A DNA stretch of 64,000 bases from the human T2T-CHM13v2.0 reference genome, Homo sapiens. Below the pieces are notes generated by a model. That model was not told the DNA's origin and did not search any database. It was given only the letters and a program-made list of their open reading frames with translations. A program made the translations under genes and the position numbers. Positions 33,893-50,762 of the stretch are shown piece after piece (the first letter of the stretch is position 1; each line of letters opens with the position of its first letter). The stretch lies in assembly GCF_009914755.1 (NCBI RefSeq), contig NC_060935.1; one strand, given 5' to 3'.

Positions 33893-34416
33893 TACAATTG
33901 TTTGCCTATCTTTTTCTGTTGACTTGAGGTCCTTGGAAGCAGAGATTGTCTCTGAATTCATAGTGCCTTGCACACAATAGGAACTCAGTTAAGACTTGCT
34001 GAATTCATTACACTGAGGGCAGCATATAAGATACAGAGAAGGATGAATGCAAGAAGGATAAATTCTGGCATCTACCTAGAAAAACAGGTCCTATCACAGT
34101 AGTAGAAGGATTTATAGTTTTGGGTCTTCCATTTTATATTAGTGCTGGTGGATCTCAGCACTAGGACAAACAGGGTTCATCCGGAAAAGCAGAGTTGTAA
34201 TTTGGGAAGTTGGTTTTGTGCTAAGAAAAAAAACCGTTCTCTCACTGTCACTGCGGGGGTATTTTTAGCAACATGGTCAGCTAATGGCATCTCTCTCATA
34301 TTAAGCATAATTCTGCCAAATCTCAAGTCAGTCTCACATAACAACTCCAGATGGGTGAGGGGTAAAGTGGAGAAAGAAGAACAAGGTTTATGAGAGGCAA
34401 AAAAAAAGCAAAATCA

Positions 34417-34566
<150 letters not shown>

Positions 34567-36589
34567 TCATTTTTTCCCAAATCAAGATACAAAAAAGGTT
34601 CCACATTTCCCCAACCCCTGTAGCTGGCAAGGGTTAAAGAACTACCTCCAATAGCCAAAAAGCATGCTAAACAGGCCCTCAGCTTTTCCCCCATAAGTCT
34701 CAACCAAAAGTTTCATCACCTTGACTGCTTTGATTCATAGTAAGCTATTCCATTTCTAAACTCCTAAAAGTCATTCATTTTTTAATTAATCCATTCAGTA
34801 AATATTTACTCATTTAATACGCACCAAGCCATATGTTGTGTTAGGAATGAAGAGATATGACACAGTCAAGGCAGTCCCTGCTCTCAAGAAGGTCAATTTC
34901 ATGGAGGAGACAGATAAGTAAGCATAAAGTTCCATGAAAATATAATAATTGCTGTGATAAAAGCCAAAGGGGTACAGAAAGAGGCACACACACACAAAAA
35001 AAAGACTGGAAAAACTTCAGAAAGGTGATATATGGACTGATTTCCACTTTAAGTAAAAGCCAGAGAGATAAAGTAGAGAAGAGGTTTACAACAAAGAATA
35101 TTTCAAGTGCAACGACATAGAGGTTTTCCACTGGGTTTTATAACTTGTATTTTAGAGATGGAGAAATTGAGGCCCACAGAAGGGAAGAAGATACTTCCCC
35201 CCCAAGGTCACACAGCAAATTGGTGTCAGAGCTAAGATTAGGAGTTTCATTTTTAGTCTCCCGGTCCAATGTGCTCTCCATTAATACCCAATTACTAGGA
35301 ATTGGTACTTTTCACATATATTACCTCATTTGATTTGCAAATGAGACAAGTATTAACATCCCTATTTTAAAAATGAGAAAAATGAGGTTTAGAGAACAGT
35401 AGAAAATTGCCTAAGACACAAGTCAGTGGCTGAGCAGAAGCTTCAACTCAAGTGTCCTAACTCCCAGGCCAAGTCTTAATTCTAAGTCATAATTCTAAGT
35501 GTTATTGTTAAAACAAAACAAAACAAAAAACTCTGGTTTAGAGAACAAGACTACATACAGGAGTAAACAGATGACTAGGTAAGTGGCTTTTCTTACTTTG
35601 TCATTTTATGAGGGATCCAGAAAAGGGCAATTTTTAAAACAGTGAAAATTTGTTTTAAAGTCATATAGGAATTAATCAGGAAGAACTAGAGAACCACAAA
35701 GCAATGCCAGTTTGCAGACGTCGCCAAATCGGTCACATCAAATCCTTTTTGGAAGTAAGTAGATACAGTGAATAAATTAAAGCCCTTGTCAAATGATTCT
35801 TCCAAGCCCACAGATCAACCTAGTTCTTCCTTCTAACATGAATTCTTCTGCAGTTTACTGAAACACAGAAATAAGCTACCCTAACATACCCCCATTTCTG
35901 GCAGCTAAAGAAAGTAAAATGGAAGTTTCCACTTGACAGCAAGAGGCAGTATGCTCTACTTACAGGAACAAAAACTGTGTTCTAACCTCAGCCATGTCAC
36001 TTTTTAGCTGCGTGATTTTGGGCAGGATATTTAGCCTCCCTGAGCCTCAGATATCTTCATTGCAAAAATTAGGATCATAATGCTTTTCTTCACAGGGTTA
36101 ATAAGAGAATTAAATTTAAAAAAAATCAAGAAAATATTTTGCTTGTCATTTGATACATACTATAGGTTCATAAAATGTTAACTTCCCTTCCCTCTTTTCC
36201 TACAACCAAGATGGCAGATGCGTCTTCTCCTAGGTCAATGGCAAAACATCAATAATTGATCACAGTGCCCTTTTCCACTAGGTCCTCAGTCTTTCTCAAC
36301 ATGGCATTCTAGGCTATTCATTAGAGAAAAACTATTTGTCTTCGCTATAATACATGCCTAGGGGTGAGGGATGCCCTGCCCTCAAAGTAAGCTATCCACA
36401 CTCTCACCACATCTCCATCCTAACATAGTATCCAACCAGGGCTGTGAGACAGGGAAGGGAGGTTCAGGGGCAGGGTGAGGAGAAGCAGTCTGTGCCTAAG
36501 GTACCAAGCATGGCCAGCCAGCTGCATGGACCAAGCCTACGACCAGCAAATCTCTGTGCTTGACCAGTCATAAAACGAAGAAAGGTTCA

Positions 36590-36844
<255 letters not shown>

Positions 36845-37039
36845 CTAGATGTGAGGTTAGAACATCCACAGAGCAAACCCCAATAAACTCATCCTTTCTC
36901 TTATGTCAAAATCTATATTACTCCTCCTCTGTGCCCAGGCCCACCCATTCTGGGTAAAATGGCCTTCCTTACTCTCACTGTAAACAAAAGAAGTGAGAGT
37001 CTCAGCACTAAAGATATTCAATAGAGGCTAGACAACTAT

Positions 37040-37254
37040 CAAAAGAAATTAGTTAAAGACAATTCTATTAGATAAGAATCCCCTTCATCTGTAATATTTT
37101 ATGCTTCCCCAAGCTAAAAGAAATATCCTGTATTCCCCAAGCTAAAAGAAATATTCTGTAACAAAAGAAATTAGTTGAAGACAATTCTATTAGGTAAGAA
37201 TCCCCTTCATTTGTAATATTTTATGCTTCCCCAAGTTAAAAGACATATCCTGTA
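37040..37254. repeat. Nested tandem duplication A-B-B-A-B (A 65 bp, B 28 bp)
   Basis: A 37040-37104 and 37162-37226; B 37105-37132, 37133-37160, 37227-37254. Confidence 0.92.
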
Positions 37255-37369
37255 GTAATGCAAATAGCACTTTGCATTACTAGTACAACACCAACTTCTA
37301 TTGAGTTACTCCCTCCTTACATCCTGAACCCTTGCAGGGAAGGAACTACTTTTGTTCTTCATCAAGAGG

Positions 37370-37570
37370 TAGTAGAGTGTGATGATTTAGAACATGGACT
37401 CTGGAACCTGACTGCCTGAACTTAAATCCCAACTCTTATTATTCTTACCTTCTGCATGACTTTGGGCAGGTTACTTAACTTCTCTGTGTTTCAGTTTCCT
37501 CATCTATAAAATGGTGATAATAATGATAACTATCTTTTGGGGTTGCTGTAGGAGTAAACTGATTAATATG
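37370..37570 (+). mobile_element. MIR
   Basis: gactttgggcaggttacttaacttctctgtgtttcagtttcctcatctataaaatgg core. Confidence 0.85.
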
Positions 37571-39797
37571 TGAGGTAATCAGACTCATCCCCAGCAGACA
37601 TTAAGCACTCAAATTTTACCTTTTAAAAATATTAAATGTCCTATTCATTCATTTACATAACAAACATTTACTGAGAATCTATTTGTTGCCTCACCCTGTA
37701 CAAAATGCTGCCCCAACCTCTCATTCTTATAAAGGAGGTGAGAAAATCATAACTACAAGGCAGAAAGTGATACATGTTATAAAGAAATAAGCAAGCTATA
37801 TACTACTGAGGTTCAGAAGTGATCATAAATTATACTTCCTTTCCCCAGGAGATGCTTCAAGGTATTTAACAGATTTTATCATAAAAATATCACAATTATC
37901 TTTTGCATAGTCCATAAACAGTATAAGGACAGGGAATGTGGGTCATTCATCCGTGAGTTCCTCCATCTAACCACTTACTAAAAGAAAGCAAGCATTCAGG
38001 TAAATATTTGATGGAATAAATAAACAAACAGGATCCTGCAACTGGATCCTGAAGGACGGATAGGTTTCTACAAAGATAGAGGATCATTTATCTATGATGA
38101 TCATTTATCTGCGATGATGCAAAGCCATTGGCAACAGTGGGACTCAAACCCATGGCTCCACAGAGACTAAAGCCAACTACATCCTGCACCTTGGACTGCT
38201 TGACCATGCTACCTTTTGACTGGACAGGCTTTTAATAGGTGGAAATGGGAGAGAACATTCCAGTAGTGGGAACAGCAATAAGCCAAGACGCTGAGATCAG
38301 AGGCAATGGCTTCCTTCCTGATTACTACTCTAGCATAATGATTTCTCAATTTTCTATTCTTGTACCTGTAGACAAACTATATCCCAGGCACCTAAACCTG
38401 TACTTCCATGCCTTGTCCTCTTTTGCCTGTCCTGATATATCTCTTTGAAGACAGAAACCTTGCCTTTTCCTTCTTTAATAGTCTCCTTCTCTGGCTCCTA
38501 GCACAGGTTTGTACACACAAAAATACCACTGTGCTATGGTGGAAAACAACCTGGAGTTGGGGTTAATTACCTGCTTTCAAATCCTGGCTCTTTTGTTTAC
38601 TAAGAGACTGGGCAGATCAATTCACCTCTCCAAATCTCAGCTGCTTCTTCTATAAATTAGGAATTACCAATACCTTTTTAGAAAGAAATGCTATGAAGAT
38701 CAATTAATTAATTAATTCAATATTTACTGTCCTCTGATATTTACCCACCTCTGCAGGTGCCAAGAACTATGTTAAGCACTAGAAATACATACATATGGAT
38801 TTCCTCTACTTTTTGAGGTGTTCATGGTTTAGTGGGGAAAAAAATGTTTTAAATGAACATGTCTACAAACCAAAAAAAACCATATCAGTGTTAACGACTC
38901 TCCAATTTTGAAGCGCATTTTCCCTTGAGGTAACTTTGTGACCTACAGAGATGATTCCACAGATTCTGTTTGTAAGTTCTCATCCTAATAGGTCATATAA
39001 TTCCTTTGAATTTCCTCCACAGCATCTCCAATAGTCATTCAACCAATTTCTGTTTGAACACCTCCCTGAATGCTGTATTCCAGAGGTAGCCCTTTTTTTT
39101 TTCTTTCATGATCACAGAAGTGCTAGATGGTTCCTTCATTATGGAGCTCTCATCTTAGTAAAAGACCTAAACAAAGAAACACTAGTAGAGTATCATCTGA
39201 TGGTAGGTCAGTGCTCAGTGATGCCAAATTAAGTAAAAGGCACAGGGACTAGATGTTTCAAAGCAAGGTTAGAGGGACCATGGCTATTCTCAGAGATGCA
39301 GGAACCTCAAAGGAAGTTAAATAGAAATCACTGCCAACATCCGGCATCAAAATGCACTCCTGATGCCCAGCATATTAATAGCACTAATGTATTTATATAT
39401 TCTCTTGGGTCTTTCAATATTATCAATAATGCTCTAAGAGGCTGAACACTGCACATTTAACAGAGAAGAAAAGATCTGTAGCAAGACAATTTGTTGCTTC
39501 CCTGGAGACTGGAATAATTTATGTTAGTCCTGCACTAAGTAGCATCAATCCTATATATCTTCCTGTCCTATCTGTGGAGAACCGAGACTGGACTGGTATA
39601 AACATCAATTACCTAGGACACTTTGGGACTATCTGCAAACCAATGATAAATAAACACATGATTTTTTGTCTTTAATCATACAGAAAGTACCTTTAGTCAA
39701 GGTAGTTCAGTGATTTCACCAGCTCCAAAATCTAAGGACGCCTACCAGAATATTAAACTTCTAGGTATCAGCACCAACTCCTCCCTCTCCCCACTTA

Positions 39798-40103
<306 letters not shown>

Positions 40104-43100
40104 CTAGTCTCAGAAGCTCAATCTGTTTCTCCCTCTTCTTTTAGCCATCACTATCCACTCAGTCCCTTGGGGCTTCCTTCTCCCACTCAAAGCCTAGCTG
40201 TGAATGGGAAGCTAGCTTACAGCTTTTCTACCTGCCTCTCCCCCAACCCAACCCCTGAAGACAAGCTCACAGTACCTTCTTATTCTATGAATTTTGCTCT
40301 CCACACTGAACAGGAAATAAAGTATGAAATGTAGGGAAGAGATCAAAAGTTTCTAATTTTTCAAAATTCATCACTATAATTTCTTACTCTCTCCTGATAT
40401 GGTAAATGGCAGTCTAAACAGGCTTTTGCCCTGCCCTTTTCCTCTCTTTGCAAAAATCTCCTGAACCCATTACATTACCAGGGGTCCTCACCTCAACCTG
40501 AAGATAAAGAACATCAGCATCAGGATCATGTTATCTAAAGAGAACAATGAATTTCTCCCCAGACTGGATACTATTTCCCTAAGTTTCTGCCCTACCCTGG
40601 AATGGAACTTACCACTAATTAGATCTGCTTACAATCTGTGACAACCTGATTTCCCCATGCAAACTATAAGAGAGCTGGGCCAAGAGTGGCAGGTTTTAGG
40701 GCAGGTCCAGGCAAAAATAGCATACCATTACTGTTTATTACACAGAATTAAGAGACAAAATGCCTCCAAAATATGAGATTTTTGATAGATATCAAATGAT
40801 TCTATCATTTGATCAGCAAAGAACTGGAGAGGCAATGGGGATCTTTTAATATATACTGATATAATTCAACAGTTTCAGGTATTTTCAGAGCACCTACTTT
40901 GTGCTCAGTAAGACTGTGATAGGTACTGTTGACATAAATGTACAAAGATGAAAAAGATGGTCCATGTCCTAAAGTAGTGACCATCTGGTATAGGAGATAG
41001 ACAGGATGAGAGCCCCTCCTGCCTGACACCTGGAGCCTCCTAAGAGGAAGGTCCAGAGTCAGAATAACGGGATAAATGGAAGAACTAAGGAATAATATAC
41101 TAGAGGTACTGACTGTGGGAGACTGTCTTTTACCACATTTGACATACTAAAGTAAGAAAAACTGGCATAGATTTTAACAGGGCCTCCAGCACAAAGCATA
41201 AGTTAAAAACTGACAGTGCCGGGCATATATAAGCAGTTGTGGTGACCATAGGCAATAAATCTGTCCTCTTGGTTTGAAGTTTAATCACCTGAGGAATGTG
41301 AAGGAAGAGGAGTGTTATAATTTGAAAGATGACCTTAAATCGCTTTAAGTTCCAAAACTCAATAGAGGTCCTTTCCCTGTCAAAATATGTATTTCGATAT
41401 TTTTCTGCTCTAATTTATTTTCTCCCCACTATTCCACTCAACAAAATTTAACTAAAAACCTAATGTGGGAATACAGTTGACTCAGCAAGGCTCTTCATCA
41501 TCAGGTAGCCCTGGAGCTCCCCTGATGTATACTGTAAACACTAGGTTTGTTTGCTTTATAAAACTGTAGAGAAGGGGATTTCAACACCTTCCTCAGTAAA
41601 AGATTCTGTTTTCCATAGGTGATAGCTTTGGGCAGTGATATTAACATCTGTCAGAGAGAGAAAGGTCTAGGTTATTACCCAGATTTTTACTTCTTAGCCC
41701 TGTGTCCTTGGGCAAGGGTCTAAGTTAAGTCTCACATTTTTAATTTATAAAACAGGGGTAATGACTACAGCTCTCTGCCTACCTCAGAAGGCCACTGAAT
41801 GGATTAAATGAGGCAAAGTGAGCATAAAATCACTGAAAATGGTAAAGAGCTAGAGAGATGTAAGGAATCAATTAAATTATCATTATGTCTAATAACCACA
41901 AATCTCTGTTTCAAACAAAAGCCAGACATTCCAATTCATCATCCATCTACCCATATAGCCATCCATCCATCCATCCATTCACTGTGTGCCAGACTCCATT
42001 CTAGGCTCTGGGGCTACATAAAGAATAAAACAGATAAAGTCCCTGGTTCTATGACTTACATTCTAGAAGAGAATAGAGTAAAAAACAATCACCAAAGTGT
42101 CTGCTCCATATAGGAGCAGAGATTGGTTGACAAGGTGGGGAGATACTATTTTAGATACGATAGGCACAGGCAAGCCTCTCTAATAAGATGTCATATAACA
42201 GTGACCTGAATGAATTAAGGGAGCAAGCCACGGGGCTCTCTGAGAAAAGGATATTCCTAGCAGATGGAAGAAGTTAAAGACTCTGAGACAGAAACATGCT
42301 TGGTATGTTCCCACAACCCTTAGGAATTCTACCTATGTGGGTGTAACAAAGTTAGTAAGGGGAAGTAAGGAAAGAAACAAGGTCAGAAAGTTAGCTGGGA
42401 ATCAGATTATGTAAAGTCAGAGAGGCGGTAATAAAAACTCTGGAGTTTAGACCTAGAATAAGAAACCACTGGAGGACTGTGAGTAGAACAGTGATGTAAT
42501 CTATACATTTTTTTTCTTTTTAAAGTGCTTTATTAAGATGTTTCTCACAAATTAGAGAAAAGGTTTTTTTAATCAATGGCAATAAAATACAAATTCCTAT
42601 TTTATAACAAAATAGTGAAAAGCACCAAAGAAAATTTGCACCTATAACTCTAACAAACTCAAGGGTTCTTGGTTCTCAGTTCTTTTAAAGTATAGTCTGA
42701 TAGAGTACTCAAAGCTTTTAGAAAGAGTACCAAATTTATTACTTCCTGAAATGTTGTATGAATAGCACTTTTATTCATCATATGTTCATACATATATACT
42801 AATATACCATCTCCACTGCCTTAAATACAAAAATATTCATCACAGGCAAGTTTTCTACTGCAAATAGGCAAGAATATTAAATATAATCTGTGATACTGTC
42901 TACTTTTTTGAAAACAAGATACTAGAACCAAAACACTGTAGAACACAAATGTTACTAATTTAAGATTACTAATGTTACTAATAAGGTTACTAACTTCAGA
43001 TAGCATCAATTGTTCAACAATATTTTAAAGGTGTTTCTATATAAATTTATCCACCGGTTTGGGTTTTCTTTATTACAGAAATGTATGAATAGTACCCTGG

Positions 43101-45904
43101 ATTATATCCTTGCAATTTGGGCATTTGCTTAAAGGTGTATATTCTTAGCATATAACCAGTTGACAATAAGGAATAAATACACTGGAAACTTCTTTGTAAC
43201 TACTTTGTAAGTTCGTTCTTCTTGCAACTTCCTCAATTGTTCTTCTAGTGACAGATCTCAAACGTCCTCTGTTGGAATATACTTTATGTACTTTTCCACT
43301 GATACCAATTTTTAGTTTGATTTTCTTTTTTCTTTTTCTTCTTCATTAGAATTACTAACACAATATCACTGGCTACTTTATAATTCTCTCCAATTAAGGT
43401 TTTATGTTGAACTGTCTGTTTTATCAGGCAGGATAGAATAATACTTAAAAACCAACATTTTGGAATCAACTAGCTTAGGATCAAATCACGCCTTTATCAC
43501 TTACAAACTATGAGTTCTGCGTAAGATATTAATTCTCTCACTTTCCTCAGTTATGAAATACAGCCTGTATTAGTACTTACTTTAGTGTTAGTGTGAGGTT
43601 AAATGAGATAAAGCTATGTAAAATTCATTTTTAAAATACTCAAATATTAGCTATGATAATGATGTTGGCCAGATGATTAGAAAGTGCTCAGTATAGGATT
43701 GCTAAATGAATATGTCTTATCCAATAGTAGTATAAACTGGAATGAAATATCTAAATGATGGGGCACTCAGTAATTGAAAAAGTGGAGATAATGGGAACAG
43801 GATTGTGAAGGAAGATGCCAAAATGGCGAAGAACTGTACTATTAACTGACTTAAACCATTAGCCTACATTCTACAGTAAAAATTAGTGGGTCTGATGGTT
43901 TTTTTCATATCCTATAAAAGCTTGTTTGCTTTATTATATCTTCAACATGATCAAAACCAGCTCTCAACAGGTCAGGTTTTTAACAGGCCAGTTAAAAACC
44001 ACCTTGGGAAGGCTCCAAGGTTCAGCTAAGACAGTCAAGGATAAGACTATATCCTAAGGAAATTTTGGGTGGCTGCTGCCTGATCAAATAGAAGTTTTAA
44101 GGTCAAGGAAAATAGTGAAGAAGAAAATGACTAGGTACTGGAATCAAAACTCAAGGCTCTGGGCAGCTCGGAATGATATAATGCAAACAGATTGAAAATG
44201 GCCACTGAAATGTGACAACCCAACCCAGAGAGGAGATGAGATGGTAGCCAGGGTGTGCTCACTAAGCATTCTGTCCCAGTAGGAAGACTATGCTCACCCT
44301 ACAAGATCAACTTGATACTTTTCCTTGGGATAGGGAGACCAAGGATTGATACCTGACTAAACATAAAATCCTTTCCCCACTCCCTCCATGAGAAGCAGTA
44401 TGATAAAAAGGAAAATAAACCGTATCAGGATTCAAAAAGTTCTTTCCATTAAACCTTCTGTTCCTTAGCCTCATAACCACTGCTTTCACTTAGGCACCAT
44501 ATTCTCTTACCTTTACCAATCCTTTACAAGTCTTCCTCATTGCTTTTTGGGACCCCAGTCTTGCCTTCTCTAATGCATCTTTTATTACAGCCCAGAATAA
44601 TCTGTCCTTTATCTTTTTAAAAATATTATAAGCAGACTGCCAGGTATGGCAGAGAGAGAAGACTGGCAAATCCTCTCCCCAACAAGCAACTATAAATCTG
44701 GACAAAATTGACAAAAACCATTTCAGTTCCCTGGAAATCCAACAAAGGTCAACAAAATATTGAGAAGTGCTTATGACTGATAAACTCCTGAACTTTGGGT
44801 TAAAAATAGAATCTCTGGCATTCTGGGCAAGGGATGTTCCCATCCATCCGAGCCCCAACTCCAGAAGTGTGGGGGTTCCATCAGGGCAGACCAGGGTATA
44901 ACTGCATAGTCCAAGAACATTCACTTTGTGCTGGAGATATGGGCAATGCCCAGGCCCAGTGGCACTGTCATTGGAAGTGACTTCCAAAGGTGGTAGCGGC
45001 AGAGGGTCAACTATTCAGCTCTATTAGCCTGAAGCTACAGTCCTGAGTAGGGCAAACTAATTTCTGGCTAAGGCTGTTCACAGGCACAGCAGACGCTAGA
45101 AAAGCCTCATGCTAGTCACACATGCCTGGCTATGTGCATACACATAAAAGATTCAAAAGAGCCCAACATAAAGTAAAAGCTGGAACAGACTTGAAAAAGG
45201 CCTAAACAGTAAATGTACTCCCCTACCTACACATAGATCCATCAACAGAGGAAAGAAGCCTTACAGAGTTGAAGTTTTTGAGCACCATCTGTGTCAAATC
45301 ATTGGCTAAAGATTCAGCTAAGCAAACATAGAAGCAATCTCTGGAAAGCCAGGCTGCAACAAAACAAAACAACAACAACAAAACCACCACAAAAACAAAC
45401 AAAAAAACAACAAACACTGAGCAATGACATCAATGACCACAGACAGAGACTATTTCACAGATTTATCCCTAGTAAGATAATACAAAACCAACAAATAAAA
45501 AAGCTAGCAACTTTTTTGGGGGAGGGGGCTATCAGTATCCAGAATTGGTACAGAATATTATCTAAATATTGAATTTTCAACAAGAAATTATAAGACATGG
45601 AAAGAAACAGGAAAGCACGACCTAGGGGGAAAAAAGCAATCAACAGGAACTCTGAATGTCCCCAAATGTTGGCTTTAGAGAATAAAGATTTCAACTCAGA
45701 TATAAATACATTCAAAAAACTAAAAGAAACCATGTTTAAAGAGTTTTAAGAAAGCCTAACAACGAGTGAAATTCTCAGTAGACATTACTTCAAATGAACC
45801 AAATGGAAATACTACAGTTGAAGAATAAAATAACAAATGAAAAACTCACCAGAGAGCTAAACAAGGGATTCTATATGGCAGAAGAATCAATGAATTTGAA
45901 AATG

Positions 45905-46245
<341 letters not shown>

Positions 46246-46490
46246 CTAATATAAAGAACTGAGGTAAAAAAAAATTAAAGAAAAAAACAGAGCATCAAAG
46301 AGCTGTGGAACAACATAAAGCACACCAGCATACATATAATGAGAGTCTCTGAGGAAGAAAAAAAAAAGACACAGAAAAAATATTTAAAGAAATAAGGATA
46401 AAACTTCCTAAATTTGATAAAAACATTAAACTACAGATCCAAGAACCTCGATAAATCCCAAAGTAGGAAAACACAAAAAGATTCACACCT

Positions 46491-46877
<387 letters not shown>

Positions 46878-48635
46878 TCATGTACAAGGCCAGTCAGTAT
46901 AATTAACAGCTGACTGCTGATCAGAGTATTTTAAAAATCAAAACAAAAACTTCTGATCAGAAAAAATGGAGGTCAAAAGGCAGTGGGATGACATATTCAA
47001 ACAGCTGAAATTTTTAAAAATTGCCAGTCAAGAAATCTATACCCAACAAAACTATCCTTCAAAATGAAGACGAAATAAAGACATTCCAGATTAACAAAGA
47101 GAAAGAGAATTTATTGCTATCAGACCTGATTTACAAGAAATACTCAAAGAAGCCCATCAGACTGAAACGAAGTAATACCAAATAGTAACTCAAATCCACA
47201 AGTAATAATGGAGAGCAGAGGAAACGGTAAATATGTAGATTAACATGGAAGACTCTAAAAAAATACTTTTTGTTATTTCTTCCATTGACTTCTTTAAAAA
47301 ACATAATTGTATAAAGCAATTGTTAGGCTTCCAATATATACAGTACGTACACGTGCACACACACATATACACATACAGATTCATACACATTCATGTATAT
47401 GAAAGAATGGCAGTAATAGAATAAAGAAGGGGCAGGGAATGAAAATATACTGGGGCAAAGTTTACATATTTTACTGGATTTCAGTTACTGTTAATGTGAA
47501 GTAGATTGTATATAAATGGCCAATAAGCACATGAAAAGATGCTCAACATCATTATCCATTAGGAAATCCAATAAAATCACAATGAGATACCACTTCACAC
47601 CCACTAAAATGACTACAATAAAAAGACAGACAACAACAGGGACAGGCAAAGATAGGCAGAAACTGGAACCCTCATTAATTGCTAGTGGGAATATAAAATG
47701 GTGCCAGCACTGTGGAAAAAAGTCTGGCAGTTCCTCAAAAGGTTAAACATAAAGTTAACCACATGCCCCAGCAGTTCCATTCCTTGGTATATACTCTGAA
47801 GAAATGAGACCACACAAAACCTTGTATGTGAATGTTCATAACTGCATTATTCATAATGACCAAAAAGTAGGAACAACCCAAGTACACATCAACTGATGAG
47901 AAGATAAATAAAATGTAGTGTATCCATACAAGGGAATATGATTTGGACATAACAAGAAATGAAATACACCATACTGATACATGTTACAACATAAAGTTCA
48001 AAGCTAAGTAAAAGAAGCAAAACACAAAAGACTACATGTTGTATGAGTTTATTTATATAAAATGTCTAGAAAGACAAATTTATAAAGACCAGAAGCAGAT
48101 CAGTGGTTTCCTAGGGCTGAGCATGGGAGTTTGAATGAATGGTAAAAGGGCACTAGGGAACTTTTTCAGGTGATGGCGGCACAACTCTATAAATTTATTA
48201 AAAGTATTGAATTGTCCACCACCAATGAGCTTAAAATTCTAGTGAGCTTTTTACTACCCCAATCATAAATATGAGCAGACCTCTGAATACGCAAGGAAAA
48301 CCTCTAACATAAAAGTGTGAAACCAAAACAAATGAGGCAAAGGGCCACCTGGAAAAAACAGACTAAACAGGAAGGAAAAAACATCCAAAGAAAGCCTATC
48401 ATTACCTTCCTTAGAGATAAGAAAATATATCAATTCTGGAAACAAGAATGCTATATATTTTCTTAAAATAAAAAAGTGATTGAAAATTAAACATGAGAAT
48501 AGAAATGAAAAATTAAATTGACTGAAAGATGAAGTTGAGGAAGTCTCCTAATTCTTCAGAATAAAAACCAACGCAAGGAAAAGAGAGAAAATCCTTTAAA
48601 AAATGGAGAATTAGTTTAAGAGGTCCAAGATCTAG

Positions 48636-48937
48636 GGCTGGGCGTGGTGGCTCACGCCTGTAATCCCAGCACTCTGGGAGGCTGAGGCGGGCAGATCACA
48701 ACCTCAGGAGATCGAAATCATCCTGGCCAACATGGTGAAACCCCGTCTCTACTAATATACAAAAAAAAATTAGCCTGGCATGGTGGTGCGTGCCTGCAGT
48801 CCCAGCTACTAGGGAAGCTGAGGCAGAGGAATTGCTTGAACCGGGAAGCGGAGGTTGCAGTGAGCTGAGATCACGCCGCTGCACTCCAGCCTGGTGACAG
48901 AACGAGACTCCGTCTCAAAACAAACAAACAAACAAAA
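48636..48937 (+). mobile_element. AluS
   Basis: TSD aggtccaagatcta 48621-48634 and 48938-48951; (CAAA)n tail. Confidence 0.95.
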
Positions 48938-49592
48938 AGGTCCAAGATCTAAATGATGGAGGTTCCATGAAGAGATAACAAAAGAAGCAAGGGGAAGAAA
49001 TCATCAACAAAATAATTCAAGCAATTTCCTAGAACTGAGGGCAGAGTTTCCAGGCCGAAAGAGTTCACAAAGCTCCCTGCAGTATAAATAGATGTAAATA
49101 GGAATATAATTGTGAAATTTCTAAGCAATGGTGACAAAGACGACCCTACAAGCTTTCTGAGTAGAAAAAAAGATTGGTCACATACAGAGAAGGATAAATA
49201 AAATGGCTTTGGACTTAGCAGTACCGAAAGCTAGATGACAAAAGTGTAATGTTTTCCAAATTCTGATGAAAAAATATGTGTAACCTGCAATTCTATAAGC
49301 AGCTGAAGTATTAATTAAACGTGAGGGTAGCATAGAGAACGCCCCATTTTGAGACCTGAAAGGTATTATTAAATGTTTACTTTCCATTTACTTTCTTAAA
49401 GCTACTAGAGGATATGCTCCACCAAATTCAAAAGTAAACAAAAAATAATGTAGGCGTGGCATAGAAAAAATAGGAATACCAACACAAAAATGCAAAGGGA
49501 TTGCCAAGACAATGGTGAAGGAAGATCCCAGAATGAGAGCTACTTATTACAAGTCCTACTTGACTTTTTAATCAAATACCTGGATAAAAATA

Positions 49593-49801
49593 TTTTTTAT
49601 TTATTTATTTTTTTGAGATACAGTCCCACTCTGCGGCCCAGGCTGGAGTGCAGTGGCATGATCTCGGCTCACTGCAACGTCTGCCTCCCTGGTTCAAGTG
49701 ATTCTTTTGCCTCGGCCTCCTGAGTAGCTGGGATTACAGGCACACAACACCAAGCCCAGCTAATTTTTTTGTATTACAGGCGTGAGCCACCGCGCCTGGC
49801 C
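49593..49801 (-). mobile_element. Alu with internal left-arm deletion
   Basis: ttttgtatt joins directly to acaggcgtgagcc; TSD-like taaaaata(t/c)tttt. Confidence 0.88.
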
Positions 49802-50162
49802 GGTAAAAATACTTTTAAGTGAGTATTCTTAATCACCATTAACCCCAGAGGTAATTGATGTTACTATTTGGTATTTAGCCTTTCAGAAGTGATCTGTGGG
49901 TGGTAAACCTTGATCTTCACATGTCCAAACATACCTTTATATTGACACCTTATAGTTAAATGTTAGTTTGATTAGGTACAAAATTCTTGGTTCTAAACAA
50001 TTTGCCTCATCCCTCTGAAGATACTGCTGTTTTTTCCACTATTTCTAATGAGATGTCTGATGCTAATGTTCCTTTGGACATGAACTATATTCTCTTTGGA
50101 GGCTTTTAAGATTTTTCTCTTTATTCTTGGATCTCTTTTCAATTATCTGACTTGGTCATTAA

Positions 50163-50762
<600 letters not shown>

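Noticed and set aside
44490-44987. 165-aa minus-strand ORF
   Set aside because: Antisense to an old L1 5' region; no recognisable protein or splice support
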